Source: Cuniculiplasma divulgatum (lineage in GTDB: Archaea > Thermoplasmatota > Thermoplasmata > Thermoplasmatales > Thermoplasmataceae). From it: DNA of 32,000 nucleotides. Where the stretch lies: assembly GCF_900083515.1 (NCBI RefSeq), contig NZ_LT671858.1:1350001-1382000 (forward strand), in the 5' to 3' direction. The position numbers and the translations under genes were made by a program. The notes below the pieces were generated by a model that saw only the letters and a program-made list of their open reading frames with translations, did not search any database and was not told the origin of the DNA. This document shows, piece after piece, positions 17,252-25,455 of the stretch (position 1 is its first letter; every line of letters starts with the position of its first letter).

Positions 17252-17514
17252 AAATGAAACAATATTTTTTCCTTCTCACGTTCTTCTATCACTCTTGGAC
17301 TGGTAATTTATTTTCTACATTTGTTTGAATCAGATTAAAGATATATGCTATTTTGATTCTTGTTTTACATTGAACATAGAAAATTAGCTTCTCTGTTTAT
17401 GGATTATTCCCTGTAAATTCCTGTGTTATGTGAATGATCTTAAGAATTCAGAAAATAGATCCAGTTGGTTATTAAATTGTCAGGGAGAACTTTTGATTCT
17501 GTATATATTGTAAT

Positions 17515-17528
17515 GCCAAAATTTTGGC
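17515..17528. repeat. Perfect 14-nt palindrome GCCAAAATTTTGGC just downstream of the xth stop
   Basis: Read directly from the sequence. It lies 13 nt beyond the TAA of the minus-strand xth gene (17542-17544). It could form a 5-bp hairpin with a T-run and act as a terminator, or it could be a dimeric protein-binding site. Confidence 0.5.
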
Positions 17529-17541
17529 TACTTTACTGAAG

Positions 17542-18327
17542 TTAAAGCTCGGAATTCATTAGGAGATATACTGGGGCATGATCCGAACCTTTCACATTGT
17601 CCATGATGTCTGCTGAAATGATCTTTTCCTTAAGCGCTGCAGAAAGGATGAAGTAATCTATCCTCCAGCCTATATTCTTTTCCCTTGCTCTTCCCATATA
17701 AGACCACCATGAGTATTTTACATCAGTTTGATGAATTGCCCTGAAACTGTCAATAAAACCATCGTCCAGAAAATTGTCCATCCATGTTCTTTCTTCAATT
17801 GTGAACCCTGCATTTTTCTGGTTTTCCTTTGGCCTTGCTATATCTATCTCACTGTGCGCAACGTTAAAGTCCCCACATATTATGACAGGTTTTCTCTTCT
17901 CCAGATTCTTTATCCACCTTTGAAATTCCGTGTTAAAATCTAGCTTATACTGAAGTCTTTCGAGGTTCCTTCGTGAATTTGGAAAATATGAATTTACAAG
18001 GAAGAAGTCTTTGAATTCCAGTGTGAGGATTCGCCCTTCCTTGTCATATACCTCGTTTCCCATACCTTTCATCACATTTAGTGGCTCAACCTTCGTTAAT
18101 GTGACCGTGCCACTGTATCCCTTTTTTTCAGCTTCATTGATATATAGCTTATAGCCTGCTGAAAGTAATTCCACAGGAAGGGAATTACCCATAATTTTTG
18201 TTTCCTGCATACAGAGAACATCCGGTTTAACCGATTCTATAAAGTCCATTAACCCATGATCCATTGAGGCTCTCAGTCCATTGACATTCCATGAATATAA
18301 TTTAGCTGTCATACAATCAATTTCCAT
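17542..18327 (-). CDS. xth: Exodeoxyribonuclease III (AP endonuclease, Xth/ExoIII family)
   Basis: It carries 'YSWNVNGLRA', 'LCMQETK', 'ICGDFNVAH', 'WSY' and C-terminal 'GSDHAPV' motifs. The second ATG at 18312 (MTAKLYSWNVNG) gives the usual N-terminus. Confidence 0.9.
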   Translation of the reverse strand: MEIDCMTAKLYSWNVNGLRASMDHGLMDFIESVKPDVLCMQETKIMGNSLPVELLSAGYKLYINEAEKKGYSGTVTLTKVEPLNVMKGMGNEVYDKEGRILTLEFKDFFLVNSYFPNSRRNLERLQYKLDFNTEFQRWIKNLEKRKPVIICGDFNVAHSEIDIARPKENQKNAGFTIEERTWMDNFLDDGFIDSFRAIHQTDVKYSWWSYMGRAREKNIGWRIDYFILSAALKEKIISADIMDNVKGSDHAPVYLLMNSEL

Positions 18328-18410
18328 TTACAAATTATGCTACAATATGTAATAACAGTATAACTTTTTAACCATCTTAGTCCTTCCCCAGAATCTGGTG
18401 TAAGGGTTAA

Positions 18411-19259
18411 ATGGATCTGCTTATTTTTTCTCTGCCATTTCTTGTTCTTCTGTTCTGGACCGGATCGAATTCACTAATTAAGAAGGGTCTCAGAGATCTT
18501 GGACCAGATAGAATATCTGTTTTTGTAGTGGGAATGGGTTTACTTCCAATTTTTGTTTTCGTTTTTCTGGATGGTGGATGGCTCTTCAGTCCGGATATTA
18601 TTATATTGGGCATATTTTCGGGTCTGTTTCTGGGAACAGGATACCTGCTTTTCTATCGTGGCCTGGGAGTTGAATCTCTGTCAAGCACTGGTGTCACCCT
18701 TAATGTGCAGCAGATCATTGTTATTTTTATAGGAATTTTTTTCCTGCAGGAAGCAGTTAATTATTTTGAGTATGCAGGCATTTTACTAATAATTCTTGGA
18801 GCAGTACTTGTGACAGTTCAGAATGCTCCAGCTAAAAGAAAATTTCTCATCATAGCTGGAATCGCAAATGTATTCTGGGGAATATACTATCTACCTCTCT
18901 CAGAGTCCATACTTTTAGTTCATTACAGTGCCCTTCCCCTATTTATGGGTCGTATAATTGGCTTTATTTTTGTTTTGATTGTTAGTTTGAGTCTCAACCA
19001 TCCAGCACAGAAGCTTCCAATGAAAAGGTCATCTGTTTATATTGGACTCATGGCAGGTATTCTTGATGGGCTAGGTAATGTGTTTTATTCATATTCTATT
19101 CAACTTGGGGTATTCATTGTATCCGGAGCTATTGTTGCAATGATCCCTGCCACACTTGCCATTATAGGTTTTCTTTATTTCAGGGATAGAATGACCACAT
19201 TGAAACTGTCAGGTATTATTCTTTCAGTCACAGGAGCCTTGTTAATTTCCTTACTCTGA
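18411..19259 (+). CDS. EamA-like transporter (drug/metabolite transporter superfamily)
   Basis: 282 aa with about 10 TM segments arranged as two similar halves. Each half ends in a Gly-rich helix ('ILLIILGAVLV', 'IILSVTGALLI'), as in EamA repeats. Confidence 0.6.
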   Translation: MDLLIFSLPFLVLLFWTGSNSLIKKGLRDLGPDRISVFVVGMGLLPIFVFVFLDGGWLFSPDIIILGIFSGLFLGTGYLLFYRGLGVESLSSTGVTLNVQQIIVIFIGIFFLQEAVNYFEYAGILLIILGAVLVTVQNAPAKRKFLIIAGIANVFWGIYYLPLSESILLVHYSALPLFMGRIIGFIFVLIVSLSLNHPAQKLPMKRSSVYIGLMAGILDGLGNVFYSYSIQLGVFIVSGAIVAMIPATLAIIGFLYFRDRMTTLKLSGIILSVTGALLISLL

Positions 19260-19303
19260 ATTTAACAGGAAAAATTTATTTTCGATGTTATGCATATGCC
19301 AGT

Positions 19304-19675
19304 ATGGAAAGAACAGTGATTGATTATAAGAAGAATGATCACAAAATAACGGTGAAAACCATTGATAAACACATTAAAATAATGTCCGATGGAGTGGTAA
19401 TTGTAGAAACGGATGATGCTTTGATGCTAAGTGAGCAGGGGCATGGAGATACGGTATACATACCGGTAAGAGATGCAAAACTCAAATATTTTAAGGAATC
19501 CTCAACAAAGTCGACATGTCCTTACAAGGGAACTGCAGATTATTATTCTCTAAATATAAATGGAAAGGAAAAGAAAGATGCAGTGTGGAGATATATTAAG
19601 CCGTCACTTGACTTCATTCCCATAAAAGATTATATGGCATTTGATCCCAATTCAATTGAAAGGATAGAATTGTGA
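19304..19675 (+). CDS. DUF427-domain protein
   Basis: 123 aa. 'YIP...........S.....CPYKGTADYYSL' and 'AVWRY' resemble the conserved DUF427 core. This is recognised from memory only. Confidence 0.5.
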   Translation: MERTVIDYKKNDHKITVKTIDKHIKIMSDGVVIVETDDALMLSEQGHGDTVYIPVRDAKLKYFKESSTKSTCPYKGTADYYSLNINGKEKKDAVWRYIKPSLDFIPIKDYMAFDPNSIERIEL

Positions 19676-19687
19676 AAAATATCCGAT

Positions 19688-20263
19688 TTAGTTCACAATA
19701 TTCTTCTGCTTCCTGATCTCATCAACAAGCCTTTCCAGAAGTTTTTTTATCAGATCTATGGCCATTTCATCTGTTAAATGACCATTTTCATCAAATTTTG
19801 TATGTGCAAAGCTTATGAATACCTCTGGCCTGTTTATGACCCTTGCATCCATAAAACCCATTACCTGCCTTAAATGATACTGTGCCCTTGAGCCACCGAG
19901 CATGCTTGGGGATGCACTCATGATTGCTCCGATCTTCCCCGTGAAGGGATTTTCCATTGGGGGTCTTGAAATATAGTCAAGTGTGTTCTTTAAGAACCCT
20001 GGAATTGAAAAGTCATATTCCGGGGTTGCAATGAGGAAACCATCTGCTTTTTTGATCTGGTTTCTAAATATTCTAACAGGTTCTGGCTGATTTTCATCCA
20101 GATCCTGATTATAAAGTGGGATTTCCTTAATACTCACAATTTCTAATTCAGAACCCTCTGGCATTAATCTCTGACATTCCTTTAAAAGTTTCATGTTATA
20201 GGAATCTTTTCTGAAGCTACCACCGAATGCTGTTATTTTCACTTTTTTGCTACCTGTGACCAT
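19688..20263 (-). CDS. NAD(P)H-dependent FMN reductase (flavodoxin-like, ChrR/YieF-type)
   Basis: 191 aa. 'KITAFGGSFRKDSYN' is the FMN phosphate-binding loop and 'ATPEYDFSIPGFLKNTLDYIS' is the conserved NADPH-dependent FMN reductase core. Confidence 0.8.
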   Translation of the reverse strand: MVTGSKKVKITAFGGSFRKDSYNMKLLKECQRLMPEGSELEIVSIKEIPLYNQDLDENQPEPVRIFRNQIKKADGFLIATPEYDFSIPGFLKNTLDYISRPPMENPFTGKIGAIMSASPSMLGGSRAQYHLRQVMGFMDARVINRPEVFISFAHTKFDENGHLTDEMAIDLIKKLLERLVDEIRKQKNIVN

Positions 20264-20379
20264 AAGCCCTGAAAGTATCGACCCTATACAACGTTTTTTA
20301 ATTTTTTAACTGAGTAAACCGGAAAAAAACAAATTATCAAAAGTACTTTATATGTTTTAATATTTACTTATTGATTATC

Positions 20380-22152
20380 ATGGTAAAGTACAAGTGGGTT
20401 GCTCTTTCAAACACAACCCTTGGTGTGCTCATGGCAAGCATTAACGGTACAATTATTCTAATTTCATTACCTGCAATACTTGGTCCAAAAGGAATAGATG
20501 TAAACCCATTTGCCCCTGGAACTTTTATCTATCTTATTTGGCTTATAATGGGGTATAATATTATAACTGCTGTAATACTCCTTACCATAGGCAGGTTTTC
20601 AGATATTTATGGACGAACGAGGTTATTTAACTGGGGTTTTGTGATTTTTACAGTTGGCTCGATCCTGCTGTTCCTTACTCCAGGTAAGGGTAATACAGGC
20701 GCCATAGAACTTATAGTTTTCAGACTGGTTCAGGGTTTAGGCGCGGCCTTCCTGTTTGCAAACAGCACTGCCATTCTCACGGATGCTTTCCCTGTAAAGG
20801 AGAGAGGAAAGGCACTGGGACTCAATCAGGTTGCAGCCCTTGGAGGATCGTTTATAGGACTTATATTGGGAGGAATACTCTCCGTATTTGATTGGAGATA
20901 TGTTTTTCTGGTTAGCGTGCCGGTTGGTATTTTTGGAAGTATATGGTCTCTCCTGAAACTCAAAGATAATTCCATAAGAGATATGACACAGAGAATTGAT
21001 TATTTAGGCAATATAGTATTTGGAAGTGGATTGACCATATTTCTTCTGGCCCTAACCTATGGGCTTCTACCCTATGGAACCAGTGTAATGGGTTGGGGAA
21101 ATCCATGGGTCATAGCAGGGATGATATCTGGATCAATTCTTCTCATTGCTTTTCCATTTGTTGAGATTAAGGTTAGCCAGCCTATGTTCAAGATGTCACT
21201 TTTCAGGATAAGAGCATTTGCTTTTGGTAATTTTGCGTCCTTCCTTGGTGCCCTTGGAAGAGGTGGTCTCATGTTCATGCTTATAATTCTTCTACAGGGA
21301 GTATGGCTACCTCTTCACAATTTCTCTTATTCATCAACTCCTTTCTGGGCTGGTATTTACATGATACCCATGACACTTGGATTCCTAACAATGGGACCTA
21401 TTGGTGGTGCCCTGTCTGACCGGTATGGAGCAAGGGGTATAGCAACAATAGGGATGACCATAGTTGCAGCTGCATTCGTGATCCTCACCTTCTTTTCCTA
21501 CAACTTTACATATCTCCCATTTGGAGCCACAATCTACATGCTTGGTTTCGGAAGTGGGATGTTTGCTGCACCTAACACTGCAGCCATTATGAATTCTGTT
21601 TCCGCAGAAAATAGAGGAATTTCATCCGGAATGGTGGCCACAGTTAGAAATGTTGCCCAAACTGCCAGCATGGGTATATTCTTCACAATTGTCATACTTG
21701 CACTATCTACTAACTTACCCCACTATTTCAACATCGCCCTTACCTCTGCCAATGCATCTGGATTAGCCACATATTTGGATAAAATACCGCCTACTTCCGC
21801 CATTTTTTCTGCATTTCTGGGTTACAATCCAATGCAGACCATTTTAAGCCAGATTCCTTCCTCCTATCTGAGTTCATTGAATTTAAGCAGCACTACAATT
21901 GCAACATTAGAAAGTAACACATGGTTCCCTCTGGCTCTGGCCCCAGCAGTAATGCACTCTCTCAGAGATTCGTTCTACATAGGTGCAATTCTTTCAGTGG
22001 TTGCAGCAATTTTATCTTTATTAAGGGGAAAGAAATATTACCACCCAGGTGGTCAGATCCATAATGATCCGAATGGTGAAGATGCCAACAAACTGAGACC
22101 AGAAATTAACAAGGGAGAAATGAAAGGAAAAGAGGTATCAAAAAATGAGTGA
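20380..22152 (+). CDS. MFS transporter, DHA2 (EmrB/QacA-like, 14-TMS) type with hydrophilic C-terminal tail
   Basis: The N-terminus 'KWVALSNTTLGVLMASINGTIILISLPAI' is DHA2-like. Motif A is 'GRFSDIYGRTRLF' and there are about 14 hydrophobic segments. The track starts at TTG 20371. The ATG at 20380 has a TTTATATG element about 30 nt upstream. Confidence 0.8.
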   Translation: MVKYKWVALSNTTLGVLMASINGTIILISLPAILGPKGIDVNPFAPGTFIYLIWLIMGYNIITAVILLTIGRFSDIYGRTRLFNWGFVIFTVGSILLFLTPGKGNTGAIELIVFRLVQGLGAAFLFANSTAILTDAFPVKERGKALGLNQVAALGGSFIGLILGGILSVFDWRYVFLVSVPVGIFGSIWSLLKLKDNSIRDMTQRIDYLGNIVFGSGLTIFLLALTYGLLPYGTSVMGWGNPWVIAGMISGSILLIAFPFVEIKVSQPMFKMSLFRIRAFAFGNFASFLGALGRGGLMFMLIILLQGVWLPLHNFSYSSTPFWAGIYMIPMTLGFLTMGPIGGALSDRYGARGIATIGMTIVAAAFVILTFFSYNFTYLPFGATIYMLGFGSGMFAAPNTAAIMNSVSAENRGISSGMVATVRNVAQTASMGIFFTIVILALSTNLPHYFNIALTSANASGLATYLDKIPPTSAIFSAFLGYNPMQTILSQIPSSYLSSLNLSSTTIATLESNTWFPLALAPAVMHSLRDSFYIGAILSVVAAILSLLRGKKYYHPGGQIHNDPNGEDANKLRPEINKGEMKGKEVSKNE

Positions 22153-22603
22153 AAAAAGAGAACCAATAGAAGTATGGAGAGCCATGGTTGAAACCTGGAA
22201 GGTGTGGAAAAAAGGTGTTGAAAAGAATTTAGAAAGAATAAATCTTGGAAGCACAGAATATTCAATACTTAGATACTTGACAGAAGAGGGAAATATGCCC
22301 ATGGTTCAGATGGCCAACAATATCATGGTTACACAGGGGTGGATAACAGGTCTTATCGATTCCATGGAGAAGCGTAATCTTGTAGAAAGGACAAGAAGTA
22401 AGGATGACAGGAGGGTTATAGAACTGAATATAACAAAAGAGGGAAGTAAAGTTTTTGAAAGAGCGAAAAAAGTTCACCTGGAATACATTGCCAACTGTAT
22501 CAAACATATGGATGATGAAACTGTAAGCTCCACGGTTAAATTATTAAAAGATCTGAGATCAAATATAGAAGATGCAGAAATGCCAGAGATTAAAAATGAG
22601 TGA
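22145..22603 (+). CDS. MarR-family transcriptional regulator
   Basis: 152 aa with a winged HTH ('STEYSILRYLTEEGNMPMVQMANNIMVTQGWITGLIDSMEKRNLVERTRSKDDRRVIEL'). Its ATG overlaps the stop of the upstream MFS gene by 8 nt (ATGAGTGA). Confidence 0.85.
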   Translation: MSEKREPIEVWRAMVETWKVWKKGVEKNLERINLGSTEYSILRYLTEEGNMPMVQMANNIMVTQGWITGLIDSMEKRNLVERTRSKDDRRVIELNITKEGSKVFERAKKVHLEYIANCIKHMDDETVSSTVKLLKDLRSNIEDAEMPEIKNE

Positions 22604-22691
22604 GTACACAAACTCATTAAAAGTATATTAATTATTTTAAGTACCTTTGACAACGTTTATCTTTTACTGTTTGATTATATAAGTGGTTTAA

Positions 22692-23021
22692 ATGGGATTC
22701 TTATCTCTTCGAAGGAACAGGACTAAAAGTGCAGTTGTTAACCTTGAATCTGAAAACGATAGGATAGAACCCTACATGGTTAAGGTCCTTGAAAAAGATC
22801 ATGAAAAGAGAACCATGAATTATGAAAAGAACAGTTCTCTGGCATACGAATATGTTTCCAGCAGCCTTATTCTCGCGGAAGTTTATGCGAAAATAGGAAA
22901 AATGGATGACGCCAGAAAACTATTGGATTCTTCAAAAAACGAAATAGATAAAATTGAAAGCGTTGAGAAAAGAAGTACAATGGAAACCCTTTACGGAAAG
23001 GTTGAAAAGAGGATTCATTAA
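22692..23021 (+). CDS. Hypothetical protein (109 aa, charged, one TPR-like helix pair)
   Basis: ORF only. 'SSLILAEVYAKIGKMDDARKLLDSS' is TPR-like. No family was recognised and the start is uncertain. Confidence 0.4.
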   Translation: MGFLSLRRNRTKSAVVNLESENDRIEPYMVKVLEKDHEKRTMNYEKNSSLAYEYVSSSLILAEVYAKIGKMDDARKLLDSSKNEIDKIESVEKRSTMETLYGKVEKRIH

Positions 23022-23248
23022 ATCTAAAGGATGTTATATAGAAAGTTATTTTTAATCTGTATATTAGGGAATTTTTATATGAAGTGAACCCTGTATATCT
23101 CATATTTTTAATCCAAGTTAAACATGGATAAATCTGTCATTTTTTGCTAAGGTTGTTTTAGAAAGTCCCTGATTTCAATTTTTTCTAATAAAGGCGAATT
23201 ATTAAGTAAAATGATTCATATATTACATGTATAAAAAAGAGTGAAGAA

Positions 23249-24643
23249 ATGGTATCAAAGAGAGTGGTAAATCAGAAAAAAAGAGAAAATAAGATGAGAT
23301 ATGGAAAGGGGCACAACAGATTTCTTGATAATGATGTTCCAAAATATGAATTCTCTGAAGGTAAAATGGAACCGAGAGCGGCTTATCAGCTGATTCATGA
23401 TGAATTAAATCTTGATGGAAATCCTGATCTAAACCTTGCCACCTTTGTTACCACGTGGATGGAACCAGAAGCTGATCAGTTAATAATGGAAAACCTGCAC
23501 AAGAACTTCATAGATCACTTCGAATATCCACAGGTAAAGGAAATAGAAGAGAGAATTGTTAACATAATGGCAAATATTTATAATGTTCCAGATAAGGATG
23601 ACTTTATTGGGACTTCAACCATAGGATCATCTGAGGCAATTATGCTTGGATTGCTTGCCCACAAGTGGAACTGGAGGCAAAAAAGATTAAAGGAAAACAA
23701 ACCTGCAGATAAACCGAATATAGTATTTGGTGGTGATACCCATGTTTCCTGGGATAAATTCGCAAGGTATTTTGATGTTGAACCACGAATTGTGCCTATT
23801 GCCAGAGATCATTTTACCATAGAGCCTGAAGATGTTAAGAAAATGATAGATGAAAATACAATTGCAGTGGGAGTTGTTCTGGGCACCACCTTTACAGGAG
23901 AATTTGATCCGGTATTTGAAATAAATCAGATGCTGGTGGATCTGAAGAAGACTAAGGGACTGGATATACCCATACATGTTGATGCTGCTAGTGCAGGATT
24001 TATAACACCTTTTTATGAACCAGATTTTAAATGGGATTTTAGACTTGAGCAGGTTAAATCCATTAATACTTCAGGTCACAAATTTGGTCTTGTGTATCCA
24101 GGACTTGGATGGCTTATTTTCAGGAATGAACACCTTCTGCCTGAGGAACTAAAATTTTATGTAAATTATCTGGGAGATGAGATGCCAACCTATACTCTCA
24201 ATTTTTCAGAAGGGAGTTCAATGGTAGTTGCGCAGTATTATAACATCCTGAGACTTGGAAAGAAGGGTTATGGTGAAATCGTAAGCAAAATGATGAATAA
24301 TGCCAATTACCTGGCTAAAAAACTTACCGAGAGTGGCGAATTTGAAGTGATTAACGGGGCCAAACATATTCCTGTTGTTACATTTAAGCTCAAAAATGTG
24401 GAGAGTTCAAAGGCGTTTGATCTCTCCTACCGGATCAGGGAGAGAGGATGGATTGTCCCTGCCTATTCACTTCCCCCAAATGCACAGGATACAACCATAA
24501 TGAGAGTTGTTGTAAGAGAGAATTTTACTGCTGATATGGTTGATATATTTGTAGAGGATATTCTTAATGCAAAAAAATCTATAACAAATATGGTCTCAGG
24601 TGGAAAACAAACTGACCCAAGAAAGGGTCACCCTGTATCATAA
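23249..24643 (+). CDS. gadB: Glutamate decarboxylase (PLP-dependent, GadA/GadB type)
   Basis: 464 aa. 'NLATFVTTWMEPEA' and 'GSSEAIMLG' are present. The PLP-lysine motif 'NTSGHKFGLVYPGLGWLIFR' closely parallels the E. coli GadB 'SGHKFGL...G.GW' motif. The start may be the internal ATG at 23294 (MRYGKG...). Confidence 0.88.
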   Translation: MVSKRVVNQKKRENKMRYGKGHNRFLDNDVPKYEFSEGKMEPRAAYQLIHDELNLDGNPDLNLATFVTTWMEPEADQLIMENLHKNFIDHFEYPQVKEIEERIVNIMANIYNVPDKDDFIGTSTIGSSEAIMLGLLAHKWNWRQKRLKENKPADKPNIVFGGDTHVSWDKFARYFDVEPRIVPIARDHFTIEPEDVKKMIDENTIAVGVVLGTTFTGEFDPVFEINQMLVDLKKTKGLDIPIHVDAASAGFITPFYEPDFKWDFRLEQVKSINTSGHKFGLVYPGLGWLIFRNEHLLPEELKFYVNYLGDEMPTYTLNFSEGSSMVVAQYYNILRLGKKGYGEIVSKMMNNANYLAKKLTESGEFEVINGAKHIPVVTFKLKNVESSKAFDLSYRIRERGWIVPAYSLPPNAQDTTIMRVVVRENFTADMVDIFVEDILNAKKSITNMVSGGKQTDPRKGHPVS

Positions 24644-24670
24644 CCGTAGAATAAATTTTTAAATCTACTT

Positions 24671-24889
24671 TTAACTTTTGAGTTTTCTCACATAGTAATC
24701 ATTAAACAGGTAGATGAAGCAAAAAATGACTGCAGTCATTACAGTTGCTATTATGCCACCATCAACTAAGGATGAATCCACTGATCTGTTAAACAGTAAA
24801 AGAGCGGCTGGAGCAAATGCAATAAAGTAACATGCCCACATGACAGTTATTATTTTTATGCTCTTTTTTCTATTGAATGAATTTGACAT
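24671..24889 (-). CDS. Hypothetical small membrane protein (72 aa, 2 predicted TM helices)
   Basis: ATG-initiated ORF with two clear hydrophobic helices ('IITVMWACYFIAFAPAALLLF' and 'GIIATVMTAVIFCFIYLF'). No family was recognised. Confidence 0.4.
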   Translation of the reverse strand: MSNSFNRKKSIKIITVMWACYFIAFAPAALLLFNRSVDSSLVDGGIIATVMTAVIFCFIYLFNDYYVRKLKS

Positions 24890-24990
24890 CTACAACTTAG
24901 TATTGAAGAGATTTACTTATAGATTTCCAGAAACCGCATGTACAATTTTATTTGACAATATGTTTTAATAAACATAGAATATGCTTTATT

Positions 24991-25455
24991 ATGTCAATAA
25001 ACGTTGGCGACATAGCCCCTGATTTTGAAGGGACAACAGACAGTGGTGAAAAGATTAAATTTTCTGAGGTTGCGGGAAATGGTAATGTAGTTTTATATTT
25101 TTATCCAAAGGATGAAACACCTGGGTGCACTGCAGAGGCCTGTGCCTTTAGGGATGAATGGGATGAATTCGAGAAAATGAATGCTAAGGTGATTGGAATT
25201 AGTTCAGATTCTCCTGAGTCCCATAAGAAGTTTAAGGAGCACAGGAAATTACCCTTCATGCTGATCAGTGATCCAGGTCAGAAAATCAGGGAAATATATG
25301 GGGCAAAGGGAAGGTTCATTCCACCAAGAATATCCTTCGTTATAGTTGATGGTAAGATAGTAAATATTTATAATTCACAGATGAACGCCACTAACCACGT
25401 AAAAATTGCAAAGGAAGTTCTCTCAAAAATTGGGAAGGACGAAACGAATCAGTGA
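24991..25455 (+). CDS. bcp: Peroxiredoxin, Bcp type (thiol peroxidase)
   Basis: 'MSINVGDIAPDFEG', 'VVLYFYPKDETPGCTAEAC' (peroxidatic Cys in PGCT, resolving Cys 5 residues on) and 'GISSDS...HKKF' are present. The track begins at an upstream TTG (24952). The ATG at 24991 gives the normal N-terminus. Confidence 0.9.
   Translation: MSINVGDIAPDFEGTTDSGEKIKFSEVAGNGNVVLYFYPKDETPGCTAEACAFRDEWDEFEKMNAKVIGISSDSPESHKKFKEHRKLPFMLISDPGQKIREIYGAKGRFIPPRISFVIVDGKIVNIYNSQMNATNHVKIAKEVLSKIGKDETNQ

Noticed and set aside
17351-17500. 10-nt direct repeat TTTTGATTCT (17351-17360 and 17491-17500)
   Set aside because: This is a T-rich 10-mer in a 309-nt AT-rich spacer, so a chance occurrence is plausible. It is mentioned only for completeness.
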